Source: a virus
IMG/VR virus record: IMGVR_UViG_3300010224_000001
Location: 96,001 to 160,000 of that record
Strand: one strand, 5' to 3'
Length of the DNA stretch: 64,000 nt
Shown here: positions 1-9,827 of the stretch, piece after piece
Layout of the letters: each line of letters starts with the position of its first letter
Numbering within the stretch: the stretch's first letter is position 1
Position numbers and translations under genes: made by a program
Notes under the pieces: model-generated
Database searches by the model: none
What the model was told of the DNA's origin: nothing
The model's input: the letters and a program-made list of their open reading frames with translations, nothing else

Positions 1-1707
1 GTGATTCACATGCGTTTTGGTGTCGAGCAGTATAACACCATGACCCAGTTCTTTACTGGTTTCTACAATAGCACAGCTGGTCAGTTAGCGCGTACTGGTC
101 GTGCTAGCGATGCATTCTACTACATGGGTAAAGCTGCAGGTTATGTGGTTCAGTTAGCCTCATGGAAGCTGTTAGCGGTGCACTTTTTAGGCGCTGCAAT
201 TAACTTCTTTGCGGCAAAACCATCGTCTAAGTTTTATTATCTAAAACCGACGATGCCGTTGTACTGGAATGCCGTGCAAACCATGATGAACCACTTGGCT
301 GTGAATCGCGGTATTGTTCCCCGTGTATTTAACAATACCAATCCCGACACCATTAAGATGTTGGATCAGTATCAGTTTGATGCCGAAGGTATTTCGACGT
401 TACACAGCAAGATGCCAAATATCTTTAATGAGAATGGCACTATTGATGTTTATGCGATAGCGAATCGTGCTAAACGACTTGAGCGTAAACGCATGAAGAA
501 GCTTGACGAAGTCTTCAAAGCAGCCGATTCAATGGATGTAAAGAACTTAAGAGATTATATCCGACAGATTTATACTTCACCACTAACAGATAACACGCCA
601 GGTACAATGGGGGATTACCTTGACAAGTGGTTACAGACCGATCAATCGAAGTCGAAATCTAGCAACAACGAATCCAGTAACACGACTGAGAATCTCGACA
701 GTAACAAGAGTAATCTCAATAAGTTCTCTGAATTCTTAGAAGCAGAGATGGACGATGGTTCCCAGTTCGCTTCATTCCGCGTCAACGCTACTGGCCCTAT
801 TCATAGTTCGTTTAGTAATACTGCGGGTCCTTCTGAATTGGTTGAGAAACTCAACGGTATCTCGAGTCAGGCGCGTAGTGCTAACTTTAGTTTTGCCAAT
901 GGTAATTTAATTGGCGGAGCAGTCGGTGCGATTGCTGGTAAGGCAATTGATGCTGTTAAGAGTTTTACGATGGGGGTGCTTGATTCGGTTGAGTTAACTG
1001 GTTTGGCGACGTTAGCAGGTGCGGCTTTTGTGGATATCCCAGATACCTACAAGAATTCGATTGCTAGTCTACCGTCAATGAGTTACACCATTGATTTGAT
1101 CTCAGCTTACGGTAATCCGATTTCACAATCCATCAATCTGGATCTACCGCTGTGCATGCTGTTAGCCGGTGCATTACCGAAGTCGACTGGTAAACAATCC
1201 TACACAGGTCCGTTCCTGGTTGAGCTGTATGATCAAGGTCGTTGCCAGACTCGTCTGGGTATGATTGACTCGTTATCGATCACACGTGGTACAGGCAACA
1301 TTGGCTTTACGCAGGATGGTAAAGCTCTTGGTATCCAAGTGACCTTCACCGTGAAAGATATGTCAAATATCTTACACATGCCGATTGTGGAAAACTTTAG
1401 TTTAGCTGACGCGGCAATTCAAGGTGCAGCTTCGTTAACTAACAGTGATACGATCCGTGCCGCAGCTGCTGGTTTGACGGGTGGCGCCTTTGACGAAGAC
1501 ACGGTCTATTCCGATTACTTGGCCACCTTAGCAGGCATGTCGTTATCGGACCAAATCTATTCGTTCAGAAAGCTCAAACTTAACTTAACGAAGAAGATGG
1601 TGGCTTTCGATAGCTGGCGCAGCGTATCACACATGGCAAGCTTTGCAGGTGATACCTTCCCCATGAAGTTAGTCAGTGCATTCTACCGCGGTACGGACAA
1701 AGATTAA
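1..1707 (+). CDS. virion structural protein, possibly T4 gp48/gp54-like tail tube initiator (probably 5'-truncated by window edge)
   Basis: 568 aa ORF open from base 1; C-terminal half (SYTIDLISAYGN...GMIDSLSITRG...GIQVTFTVKD) resembles a tail-tube-type fold; phiKZ-like context. Confidence 0.5.
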   Translation: MIHMRFGVEQYNTMTQFFTGFYNSTAGQLARTGRASDAFYYMGKAAGYVVQLASWKLLAVHFLGAAINFFAAKPSSKFYYLKPTMPLYWNAVQTMMNHLAVNRGIVPRVFNNTNPDTIKMLDQYQFDAEGISTLHSKMPNIFNENGTIDVYAIANRAKRLERKRMKKLDEVFKAADSMDVKNLRDYIRQIYTSPLTDNTPGTMGDYLDKWLQTDQSKSKSSNNESSNTTENLDSNKSNLNKFSEFLEAEMDDGSQFASFRVNATGPIHSSFSNTAGPSELVEKLNGISSQARSANFSFANGNLIGGAVGAIAGKAIDAVKSFTMGVLDSVELTGLATLAGAAFVDIPDTYKNSIASLPSMSYTIDLISAYGNPISQSINLDLPLCMLLAGALPKSTGKQSYTGPFLVELYDQGRCQTRLGMIDSLSITRGTGNIGFTQDGKALGIQVTFTVKDMSNILHMPIVENFSLADAAIQGAASLTNSDTIRAAAAGLTGGAFDEDTVYSDYLATLAGMSLSDQIYSFRKLKLNLTKKMVAFDSWRSVSHMASFAGDTFPMKLVSAFYRGTDKD

Positions 1708-1711
1708 AGAG

Positions 1712-1760
1712 ACGTCATAAGGCCAGCTACCCCTTTCGGGATAGCTGGCTGTTATGATGT
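1712..1760. terminator. intergenic stem-loop between convergent genes (CATA...TATG family)
   Basis: ACGTCATAA-GGCCAGCTACCCC-TTTC-GGGATAGCTGGCT-GTTATGATGT. Confidence 0.7.
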
Positions 1761-1793
1761 TTATTCAACGCCAATGACATCTAAGAAGTGTTC

Positions 1794-2999
1794 TTACATT
1801 CTTACTTCATTTGGTACTGTTTGACTCGTTACTGAAGTCGCAGCATACGGGAAGGTTCGCTTCAGTACCAATTCAGGTGATTCCGATGGAAATGCATTTG
1901 CCAACGCATAGTACTTCTCATCCGGCACCGTTGAATTCAATGCACCGGTTTCCATAGTCGCTAAGAAATCAGGACTACCGTTTTGAATCGTAGTGATATC
2001 AATCACACGATCCGTTACCGTAGCACCTGGTGTTGGATTTCCAATGTCTGGAATCTCCCTTACCTTAGCTGCCCAGTCAGGATCAATTTCTTGATACGAG
2101 TCACGAATCAATGCGTACTCGTTGACCATATTGTCCGCAGTTGCATTCGATGGTTTCTTGTAATTCGAGGCAGTATTCTTTAGCACGCTACTACCCAGCG
2201 AAGTCAAGACTTTCACACCAGCGGTTGTACCAATGTCTTTTAAAGCAGCCACACTACCTGTGCTCATCGCTGCTCTGACAGCATTGTTCGCAGCCGCAAT
2301 GATAATGTCTTTATTAGCACCGGCTAACACAGATGTTGCGCTAAATGCATTCGGCACACCATTTCGGATAGCCGCACTCGACACACCACCAATCAAATTT
2401 GTGGTTGCGTCTTTATCCACAACTGTTGAATTCGTATTGCTGATCGAATTAATCAGACTAGATAAAGCTAAGCTGGTATTGATGTTGTTAGGACTGATGC
2501 GAGATTGTACACCATTCACGCCCGTAATGTACGAACCTAACTGATTGGGAACGTTTTGATTTAAAACGCCATTCACGCCAGGTACTTGCCTTAACACGTT
2601 ACCAAGGTTACCAGCTAATGCTGGAGGTAAACCAGGAATGCCAGTTAACCCACCCCCAGAATTTAAACGTGACAGCACACTTGGACCGGCTACTTGGGTA
2701 GCAATCTTTACCGCACCCTTCAAGCCACCAATTGCATCAAAGCCTGTCTTTAAAAACTTAGTACCTTTTTCTAATAGACCACCACCATCAGCAGGTACGA
2801 CTGATTTTGCTAAACCACCGCGTAAGTCGTCTGCAATCGTTTTATCTGCCGATGAGAAGTCAGCTGTGGTGTTTAAGTCTACTGATGGAAAACTATTGAT
2901 GACATTATCACTCTGCTCGGTATATACGTCTGCAGTGATCAGCTTCTCATCAGGGCCAGCTGAGAATGTCGTGGGTGATAGAGACCGATCGACTAACAT
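1794..2999 (-). CDS. probable virion (baseplate/tail) protein
   Basis: 401 aa G/A/S/N-rich ORF adjacent to a structural gene. Confidence 0.5.
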   Translation of the reverse strand: MLVDRSLSPTTFSAGPDEKLITADVYTEQSDNVINSFPSVDLNTTADFSSADKTIADDLRGGLAKSVVPADGGGLLEKGTKFLKTGFDAIGGLKGAVKIATQVAGPSVLSRLNSGGGLTGIPGLPPALAGNLGNVLRQVPGVNGVLNQNVPNQLGSYITGVNGVQSRISPNNINTSLALSSLINSISNTNSTVVDKDATTNLIGGVSSAAIRNGVPNAFSATSVLAGANKDIIIAAANNAVRAAMSTGSVAALKDIGTTAGVKVLTSLGSSVLKNTASNYKKPSNATADNMVNEYALIRDSYQEIDPDWAAKVREIPDIGNPTPGATVTDRVIDITTIQNGSPDFLATMETGALNSTVPDEKYYALANAFPSESPELVLKRTFPYAATSVTSQTVPNEVRM

Positions 3000-3016
3000 G
3001 AGATGTCCTTTTCAGC

Positions 3017-3050
3017 AAAAAAAAAGAGTGACCCGAAGGCCACTCTTTAC
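3017..3050 (-). terminator. intrinsic terminator
   Basis: AAGAGTG-ACCCGAAGGC-CACTCTT stem with A run on + strand (U tract on - strand) just after the 3056 stop. Confidence 0.6.
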
Positions 3051-3055
3051 GGCAA

Positions 3056-3616
3056 TCACTTGCCGTGTTTACGTAATTCAGCGTAGTCGTACTTGAATGG
3101 TTCCAGTTGTTTATTACCGCGGAAGACTTCACGCAACTCAGTGAAGATTTCAATCAACCATTCCGAACCATCTGGCATAGTTACCACTTTACCAGGTCCA
3201 TACACGAAGTAATGGTCAAACGGTAAAGTCGATTCGATTAAGGCTTTCTTGATATCTTCGTTCTGATCAATCTTTGCGAAGTTAGCATGAAGCAGTACAT
3301 CTTTCAGATGTGGGACTTTGCATTTCTCGTAAGTACCGTCCTGCTCGCCACGTTTAGCGCGCTCCTTTGCACGATAGCCATTCAAGTTACGAAAACGATC
3401 GTCTTTGCAACCGCCACGGATGTAATACCAAAAGCCTCTAATACATTTGAAGCGGCCAAAGTACGGGTGTATAAAAGGCGCTTCGTAGTAGTCGGACAGC
3501 ATACGACCTAAAGGGTGTGCGCCCTTAGTGTGCGTGTTGATGTGCGTGATGCCGTCTTGTTTCCAGTAAGGCTGATCTTCCGTGGGCTCAGTCACTTGCG
3601 TCTGGTGTTGGTTCAT
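3056..3616 (-). CDS. NADAR-like (T4 gp30.3-like) protein
   Basis: LGRMLSDYYEAPF...GFWYY and AKIDQNEDIKKALIESTLPFDHY resemble NADAR motifs. Confidence 0.5.
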   Translation of the reverse strand: MNQHQTQVTEPTEDQPYWKQDGITHINTHTKGAHPLGRMLSDYYEAPFIHPYFGRFKCIRGFWYYIRGGCKDDRFRNLNGYRAKERAKRGEQDGTYEKCKVPHLKDVLLHANFAKIDQNEDIKKALIESTLPFDHYFVYGPGKVVTMPDGSEWLIEIFTELREVFRGNKQLEPFKYDYAELRKHGK

Positions 3617-3649
3617 AGCTCTAAGCCTTTAATTACTATCATTGCACAC

Positions 3650-4144
3650 TTATTGGTCTTCTTTGCGCTCGTGCTCGTAATCGAGATAAGGCACGTGCGG
3701 GGAATCCTCAGGAGGAGGAAGTGTGCCGTCATCTTCAAAATCATCCAGGGACGGATCATGCATTTCCAGGTTCACTTCGACCGAGTGGCTCGTGATGCGA
3801 CCATTGGCGCGTCGCGCTTCAATTGTCAGCTTAAAACCACGAACTTGCAAGAAGCGCATGGCTTTGCAAAACACCTTCCAGGTCATCGTGCCTTTCTGAA
3901 ACTCTTTGTTCAGATTGCCGCGATTACTGGTTTGATCACGTTTGTTTTCAGGAATCTTGTTTTGGGGGTCGTTCAAGAACTTAGCCATCAGCATGTTAAA
4001 TTGATAGCCGCCGATATCTAAGTCTTTTAGCATAGTGCGAAACAGGCGTGACAACATGCCTACTGCGCCGAACGTATGATGGATGCCTTTGTTAGGATCG
4101 TCCAACATTTTGCTAAGTGGATTGGTCTTGCGTTTAGCAGTCAT
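3650..4144 (-). CDS. hypothetical protein; shares a domain with 42123..42989 and 44988..45674
   Basis: ORF; ATG at 4144 preceded by GAGG. Confidence 0.7.
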   Translation of the reverse strand: MTAKRKTNPLSKMLDDPNKGIHHTFGAVGMLSRLFRTMLKDLDIGGYQFNMLMAKFLNDPQNKIPENKRDQTSNRGNLNKEFQKGTMTWKVFCKAMRFLQVRGFKLTIEARRANGRITSHSVEVNLEMHDPSLDDFEDDGTLPPPEDSPHVPYLDYEHERKEDQ

Positions 4145-4214
4145 AATTAAAATACCTCGAAGAGAGGCTTTCAAATGGGGGTAATTGGAATTACCTGGAA
4201 AATGCTGAGTAAAC

Positions 4215-4733
4215 TCAGCTGGAAAGTTCCTTGATCTCCATTAAGGTTAATGTCACAACTTTAATGTTGTCGAGCAAAGGGGTTAAAAGACGCAGGTTGT
4301 AATTTCCTAGTGCGTTAGAGAAATCTTTGCAAGCGCGTACCTGCAAGCAAAGTCGGCTGATCGCATCACGAAATGCTAGCACATTATCGTGTACGTTTTC
4401 ATAATACCCATCTGGGCTTAAGAAGAATCGATTGACCGGCATCGTTAAAGTCTGATGATGGCAACGCGATTCTAAGATTGGTTGATGACTGCGCATCGAT
4501 TCAATGTGCAATTCCAACAGATTAATGTAGTCATGAAAACTGGGATAGAATGTTTCTATCACCATCCCTTGACCCATTTGTTGGGTATATTGCATGAACC
4601 AATTCACATCCACAATATCTACGAGTGTCTCAACTTGTTCAAGTAAAGGTCTCTCCTTTTCTTCCTCAACGGTGGGTGACGGAGAAAACAATGAAAGCCA
4701 AGTTTTGGATAACCTTTCTTTCCAATTCTTCAC
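4215..4733 (-). CDS. hypothetical protein
   Basis: 172 aa ORF with AAGGAG RBS, downstream of promoter-like motif. Confidence 0.7.
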   Translation of the reverse strand: MKNWKERLSKTWLSLFSPSPTVEEEKERPLLEQVETLVDIVDVNWFMQYTQQMGQGMVIETFYPSFHDYINLLELHIESMRSHQPILESRCHHQTLTMPVNRFFLSPDGYYENVHDNVLAFRDAISRLCLQVRACKDFSNALGNYNLRLLTPLLDNIKVVTLTLMEIKELSS

Positions 4734-4775
4734 TGCTACTCCTTATTTAAAAGACTACTTCTTCCACGTCTCATT

Positions 4776-4796
4776 TTAATGATATGTGTTTAAAAG
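4776..4796 (-). promoter_or_regulatory. putative early phage promoter
   Basis: minus strand TTTTAAACACATATCATT; similar to motifs at 47640 and 63030 and to the phiKZ early TATATTAC element. Confidence 0.45.
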
Positions 4797-4851
4797 AAAC
4801 TAGAGGTCATGCCTCTAGAGCCAATATTTCATGCAAGAGAAGGTGACTGCT

Positions 4852-5283
4852 ATGTCAACAGAAACTAAATCATCCAATCTTGATTTGGATGTCACACTGG
4901 ATTATACCCATAATAAACGGCTCGAGTTAGTTGAAGCACTCGCTCCGAACATTGCCAAAGACGATCCAAAAGTTATTGGCCACTACTTAAAAGCCCTGGG
5001 TGATATGGACAAGGCTGCCATGGGTAAACGCCGTCTGGGCATTGAAGAAGCTGCTCAGGAAAGTAACGAAGCCGAAGCCCGTGCTTCTGCCGAATTGCTG
5101 CGTGCAATGAAACGCGATATGTTTGCATTACCGGTCGGTGAAGCCCCGCCTCGTGCTGCGCCAACTCTGAGTACCGATATTCCGATTCCGGAACTCGTCC
5201 CAGGTGAAACCGAGATCGGTGTGGAAGCCATGACGTACGACGGCTTCAAAAAGAAAATGCAAGAAAATCACGAAGACTCATAA
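4852..5283 (+). CDS. hypothetical protein
   Basis: ORF; AAGGTG upstream of ATG at 4852 (alternative start 4831). Confidence 0.7.
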   Translation: MSTETKSSNLDLDVTLDYTHNKRLELVEALAPNIAKDDPKVIGHYLKALGDMDKAAMGKRRLGIEEAAQESNEAEARASAELLRAMKRDMFALPVGEAPPRAAPTLSTDIPIPELVPGETEIGVEAMTYDGFKKKMQENHEDS

Positions 5284-5284
5284 T

Positions 5285-5344
5285 CCATTATTATTACCTA
5301 CTCCTATCTGCCTACATTAGCAGATAGGAGTAGACTTGTTATGG
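5285..5344. terminator. intergenic stem-loop between convergent genes
   Basis: CTACTCCTATCTGC...GCAGATAGGAGTAG perfect 14 bp stem followed by TTATGG. Confidence 0.7.
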
Positions 5345-5356
5345 CGGTCGTTATGA

Positions 5357-6100
5357 TTAGTTTTGGTCAGTTATAATGCTGAAAGTTTCAACCTGAAGTA
5401 AATCGAGTTTGATGAAGCCGGATGCGCGAGCCTCAATTGCTAAAAAGGGGTGATTAAAATCACGGAATGCTTGTTTCAGTTGTTCTTCGGTTGGCGTTTC
5501 AACAGTATAAAGTGCAGGGGCGTATAACGTGATGCCCGGTATCGGGCATTTCATGAAGCCGTCCACATGCATGCCAAACCAATCGTCGTATTCGTACATC
5601 AACATTGCAGAGAAATTTTCTGAGCAATACGATGGAGTGAGTTCCTGTTTGGAGATACAGATGGTTTCCGTTACGTGGACAAGGTCCAATTCGGAATAAT
5701 CACCTATCCAAGTGGTAATCGACTCCTTGAGCGCTGAAATCTCTTCTGGCGTCAGTGAGTACGGATGCGTGTTAATAACGAGTCGTGTGCCATTATGGTA
5801 GGGCCTGGTAATAGCTTGCTTCGTCAGTTCGCCGATAATCTCCTTAAGTAGGGGCACCGCATTGGTGATCCATGCACGGTGGAGCGTCTCGATGTCACGA
5901 GCTTCATACAAGCGTTTATAGGCAGCCATATCAACACCTACAAAGTCATCATTTAAACGCGAATGATAACCCGCCGATAACACTGCTACTGCTATGTCGT
6001 CTCCCATCAGTCGGGCGACGGTGGCAATTCTGGTGTCGTAGAGTACGTCAAGATCGACGTACACTCCTGTTGGTTTTAGAGCAGATTCACTACTACTCAT
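5357..6100 (-). CDS. hypothetical protein (HAD-like VYVDLDVLYDT N-terminal motif)
   Basis: 247 aa ORF in RNAP operon. Confidence 0.65.
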   Translation of the reverse strand: MSSSESALKPTGVYVDLDVLYDTRIATVARLMGDDIAVAVLSAGYHSRLNDDFVGVDMAAYKRLYEARDIETLHRAWITNAVPLLKEIIGELTKQAITRPYHNGTRLVINTHPYSLTPEEISALKESITTWIGDYSELDLVHVTETICISKQELTPSYCSENFSAMLMYEYDDWFGMHVDGFMKCPIPGITLYAPALYTVETPTEEQLKQAFRDFNHPFLAIEARASGFIKLDLLQVETFSIITDQN

Positions 6101-6131
6101 GGTGTCTTTTCAGTTCTTGTTAGTATTGGAA

Positions 6132-6707
6132 TTACTTCTTTGTTGGTTTATTTCGATCAGCAAGCTTGTCCAGAATGTCAATGTTCAAGTATTGCTGAAA
6201 CAGTAACAAGCAAATAATCCATGGATTCGACTTCACGATTTTAACTACGTCGCTATAAGTCGCCAAGCTTTGTCTGACATCTGTCGGAATAAAGCAATAA
6301 TCCTCTTGCCTATTACTGGTGTTACCCATACCTTGGGGTTGTACAACGAGATTCGCATCTGTTGAAATTGCGCGCGCTAAGTCCTCAGCCAAAGCGTTTA
6401 CAACCTGACTACCGCGGCCTTGCACCCAACGACCAAGAAAGACAGCTTGGAAGGTAAGAATAAAGTCACGGAGCAGATCCGAATCAAAGACCACGTTTAC
6501 TAAACCAGGCAATTCATCCGGTGTGAAACGTGAGTAGAGGTTGAAGTTACTGATGAGATTGCTTAAGAAAACCATCACTTCAGCCTCTTTCCCATCCTCA
6601 TTGGACAAGTTACTGTAAACATGCATAAAGGATTGAGTGAATACTTCCTTTAGCTGTTCCTCTGAGTATACGGGTAAAACAGTTTGTTGCAGGTTATCCA
6701 TGGACAC
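6132..6707 (-). CDS. hypothetical protein
   Basis: 191 aa ORF, GTG start, tightly packed in operon. Confidence 0.65.
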   Translation of the reverse strand: MSMDNLQQTVLPVYSEEQLKEVFTQSFMHVYSNLSNEDGKEAEVMVFLSNLISNFNLYSRFTPDELPGLVNVVFDSDLLRDFILTFQAVFLGRWVQGRGSQVVNALAEDLARAISTDANLVVQPQGMGNTSNRQEDYCFIPTDVRQSLATYSDVVKIVKSNPWIICLLLFQQYLNIDILDKLADRNKPTKK

Positions 6708-6719
6708 TTTCTCGTTATA

Positions 6720-7391
6720 TCAAGTCAGGGTGTTATCTAAGTGCATGCAGCGCAAGAAGGTCGCTAACGTCCGAGTGGATTCTACTTGACCAGTTAAGTG
6801 ATCAATTGCTTTCGTCGAGACAGCGCCATGTTTATCAATAGCGTCATTCATCGCATCGAATGCTTTGGTGTCACCACCACGGAACTTTAACTTCTCCGTA
6901 AGACTCTCAGGCAAATTCAATGCTGCCAGAATCTGCACTTCCGGATAAGAAATCTTACTACCTTTAGACGCACCCGAAGGCTGGCCGGTAAGTTCGTCGA
7001 TTGAACGATTATTATTCGGAATACGAATCTTCTTCTCCAAGTGCTGAGCCTGACGGCGTAACTGCAAATCAAGCACGAGGTATTTCTTAGGCGTCAAATA
7101 AGTCGGTAAGTCCTTACCAGGCGACATCCAAATGCGCTGGAAGAATTCATGACCCAATTCTTTACCCAATTGAAGATTTCTTTCAATCGAGATCTTAGCT
7201 TTATTCATGTTCGGAATAATAATCGCTAAGCGTTTACGATCGCTCCCAATGTCTTCAATGAACGATTCAAATTCTGCCTCATTCATTGCTGCAAACATAT
7301 CACGATAAATCTGTGGTGTTTGTCCACCAGGAGCAATCTTCTCGATGTATTCCAAAATAACAGCTTCTGCAGCAGCTCTATTACCAGCCAT
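6720..7391 (-). CDS. virion RNA polymerase beta subunit, C-terminal part (phiKZ gp149-like)
   Basis: RSIDELTGQPSGASKGSKISYPEVQILAA corresponds to the RpoB C-terminal TxQP..G..G.E motif; synteny with uvsX. Confidence 0.85.
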   Translation of the reverse strand: MAGNRAAAEAVILEYIEKIAPGGQTPQIYRDMFAAMNEAEFESFIEDIGSDRKRLAIIIPNMNKAKISIERNLQLGKELGHEFFQRIWMSPGKDLPTYLTPKKYLVLDLQLRRQAQHLEKKIRIPNNNRSIDELTGQPSGASKGSKISYPEVQILAALNLPESLTEKLKFRGGDTKAFDAMNDAIDKHGAVSTKAIDHLTGQVESTRTLATFLRCMHLDNTLT

Positions 7392-7403
7392 AACCCACTC
7401 CGT

Positions 7404-7898
7404 CTATGATTGCTGAACTAGGATAGTCCGCACCGAAAGTTTACGCCTTCGCATGCGTGCTAACATGTCTTTGGTGCCTGAAGATGCACCATCATAGAAA
7501 GAGATACCTGCAGTCGATAACTCAGCCATCTCAGCGTTTCGAGAAAAGCCAGCTACCATGTTAAAGGGCTTACCACTTTTGGTATAACGAATCACTGCAC
7601 CAGCATGATCGATGTCGGTCCAATCAGCTGGATGTTCGGTCCATGGAAAATCATTTTCTTTACACCACTTGATGATAAAAGCGTCAGCGCCGATTTGTTG
7701 ATCGTCAGCTTTCTCCATATTTGCCATACCACTTAAGAAGATAACGTCACCCTTCTTAATGTTGTTGTCCTCTAAATATTGAAACATGTTTTCAGAGAAC
7801 AACTTGTAGTCGTCAAAATTTCGACTGCCAAACACAACAATACGGTGCTCGTAATTCTTTAGTTCATCATGGGAGGTACTGCAAATTTGATCGCGCAT
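7404..7898 (-). CDS. SLOG/YspA-like (DUF2493) nucleotide-binding protein
   Basis: VVFGSRNF, LSGMA..GAD, HPADW, AGFSRNAEM, SSGTKDM motifs. Confidence 0.75.
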   Translation of the reverse strand: MRDQICSTSHDELKNYEHRIVVFGSRNFDDYKLFSENMFQYLEDNNIKKGDVIFLSGMANMEKADDQQIGADAFIIKWCKENDFPWTEHPADWTDIDHAGAVIRYTKSGKPFNMVAGFSRNAEMAELSTAGISFYDGASSGTKDMLARMRRRKLSVRTILVQQS

Positions 7899-8194
7899 GG
7901 GATGACGTAAAGCCGGAAGAAACGCAGATAATCAATAGGCTCGCACAATGTATCAACTAAGCACGAACGAGCCTCACGAGTTTGATCAGCATATTCCATC
8001 GGCAGACTCAAAAGAATCTGTCGCCATACACGATTGATGTGGAAACGCTGTACGTTGAGATCGCCAACATTTAAACATGCTGGAGGAATCTCACGCTTCC
8101 AACCCTCAGAATCATGATGGCCAAGTTCAACCATGATCTTCGAAATTTCATCAGCCAAGCGGGAGTAATCTAGAACTACATTATCGGTGGTCAT
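7859..8194 (-). CDS. hypothetical protein
   Basis: 111 aa ORF in operon. Confidence 0.6.
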   Translation of the reverse strand: MTTDNVVLDYSRLADEISKIMVELGHHDSEGWKREIPPACLNVGDLNVQRFHINRVWRQILLSLPMEYADQTREARSCLVDTLCEPIDYLRFFRLYVIPCAIKFAVPPMMN

Positions 8195-8249
8195 AGTAAA
8201 AAATGGAAGAAAATATTGACAAGAGTAAATATTGTTTGCGAGAAAACAA

Positions 8250-9167
8250 TTAGAAAAGATTGTTCGAACCAGCTACCAGAACAAAACGTTCTGGATCTTC
8301 TACTTCTGCTTGAGCGCGATGACAAACGCGACCGTCAGGCATTTGGAAGCTATAAGCAGGTTCACGGGTGTTTTCAAGCACACCTTTATTTGGTAGCATT
8401 ACGATGTCATATTGCTCACCAGACTTGATGTGTTTAATGGTATCACCCAATCCATACTTAATTTCAGTAACCGGCGTGGAAGGTGTTTGCAAACTGACTA
8501 AGGTAAAATTATTAGCAAGTTCACGTTTGGTAAAACTTACTATTTCGTCAGAAGCCACACCTTTGGTGATCATACGGCCATAAATGTAGAAGTTAGCATT
8601 CCTGCATTCTACTTTAAGCACATACAGTTGTTTCTTAAGCTCAGGGAACAAACGACCATTAAGAATGTCACCGCGAATCAGATATGGAGCAAAGTCTTCT
8701 AATGACGGAATATACTTCTCAGGGTTATCAACCACACTCATCAACACTTCAGCCGTGACTTGAGGTAGTGTGAACTCTTCATAGCCGCCGGGATTAAAGG
8801 CAGGAACAAATTTATAACCCGGAATCATCTTACCTTCATATTCCACCATCGGCTTATCTACAATGATGGAATAACGTTCTGTACAAACGGTGTATACCAC
8901 ATCACGAATCTTAAACTTCGCAGTATCTTCATAAGCGTGGACGTTCTGCTGGATCGGATGCGGTGGCGTGTCCGTAAAGCTCGTTTCAACGTAATTCTGA
9001 CTATACGTTTCTTCCCAATGCGGTGGGTTGTTTCGCTTAAGCTTATAACACGATACCCCATCAAACTGATGTTCGTCGGGTGTGTTCATCACAACAAAAG
9101 CGATACCTTGTGCTCCTGAATAAATCAAGCGATCTTTCGGGAACTTAAAATTAGTTTTCTGGTCCAT
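8250..9167 (-). CDS. hypothetical protein with several small SH3/KOW-like repeats
   Basis: repeated segment starts KFPKDRL / KFKIRDVV / LIRGDIL / KYGLGDTIKHIKSG. Confidence 0.6.
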   Translation of the reverse strand: MDQKTNFKFPKDRLIYSGAQGIAFVVMNTPDEHQFDGVSCYKLKRNNPPHWEETYSQNYVETSFTDTPPHPIQQNVHAYEDTAKFKIRDVVYTVCTERYSIIVDKPMVEYEGKMIPGYKFVPAFNPGGYEEFTLPQVTAEVLMSVVDNPEKYIPSLEDFAPYLIRGDILNGRLFPELKKQLYVLKVECRNANFYIYGRMITKGVASDEIVSFTKRELANNFTLVSLQTPSTPVTEIKYGLGDTIKHIKSGEQYDIVMLPNKGVLENTREPAYSFQMPDGRVCHRAQAEVEDPERFVLVAGSNNLF

Positions 9168-9603
9168 TGAAAATGTATTCTAGAACACCACGACGATACA
9201 TGCCTTTCTCAACCCGTGTAACATTAAACTTAAACAGGTTAAAGAAAGGGCGACTATAAAGATGGAGCATTTCTTCAGCGACTGTGACCAAAGGTTTATC
9301 GTCATCTAACTCACGCAACATCTTTTCAGTGAGATGTAAACCAACCCCACGGTTCTGATATTGCGGCATCACACGGATACAGCGTAGCTTGGTTTCCTCT
9401 TCCGACTTCTTACCCAAAGCCACGCCAATGATCTGTCCGTGTTCACGTGCAACGATTAAACTATCAGAACCTGCCACAACACCTGGCATGCACTTATTAA
9501 CGTACCAATAGCTAAAGTCCGGATAATACTGCTCCAAGGACTCTAGCATTGGTTTTGCAAGCATCGCGTCAGCAAGACGCTTTGTGTTTTGATATTCGAT
9601 CAC
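9151..9603 (-). CDS. GNAT family N-acetyltransferase
   Basis: acetyl-CoA motif A VMPQYQNRGVGLHL. Confidence 0.8.
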   Translation of the reverse strand: MIEYQNTKRLADAMLAKPMLESLEQYYPDFSYWYVNKCMPGVVAGSDSLIVAREHGQIIGVALGKKSEEETKLRCIRVMPQYQNRGVGLHLTEKMLRELDDDKPLVTVAEEMLHLYSRPFFNLFKFNVTRVEKGMYRRGVLEYIFNGPEN

Positions 9604-9794
9604 AGTTTAGAAAGTGGGAGAGGATACCACTGATCACAACCAGCCATCTTTGGATTGCCGTCAAAGAAGCCAGCCCAGAGTGCGCCATTCTTCCATCGCT
9701 TAACAATGAAGCCAGGTCGCACAGGTTCTACCGCAGGATCTTTCCAACCCTTCTCTGCGATATTGGTGTTAAATGTTGCGTCAACAGTATCCAT
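9600..9794 (-). CDS. small hypothetical protein
   Basis: 64 aa ORF, ATGA overlap with next gene. Confidence 0.55.
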   Translation of the reverse strand: MDTVDATFNTNIAEKGWKDPAVEPVRPGFIVKRWKNGALWAGFFDGNPKMAGCDQWYPLPLSKL

Positions 9795-9827
9795 CCCTAG
9801 TCTCTTTTATTTACGTTGACGGTAGCT

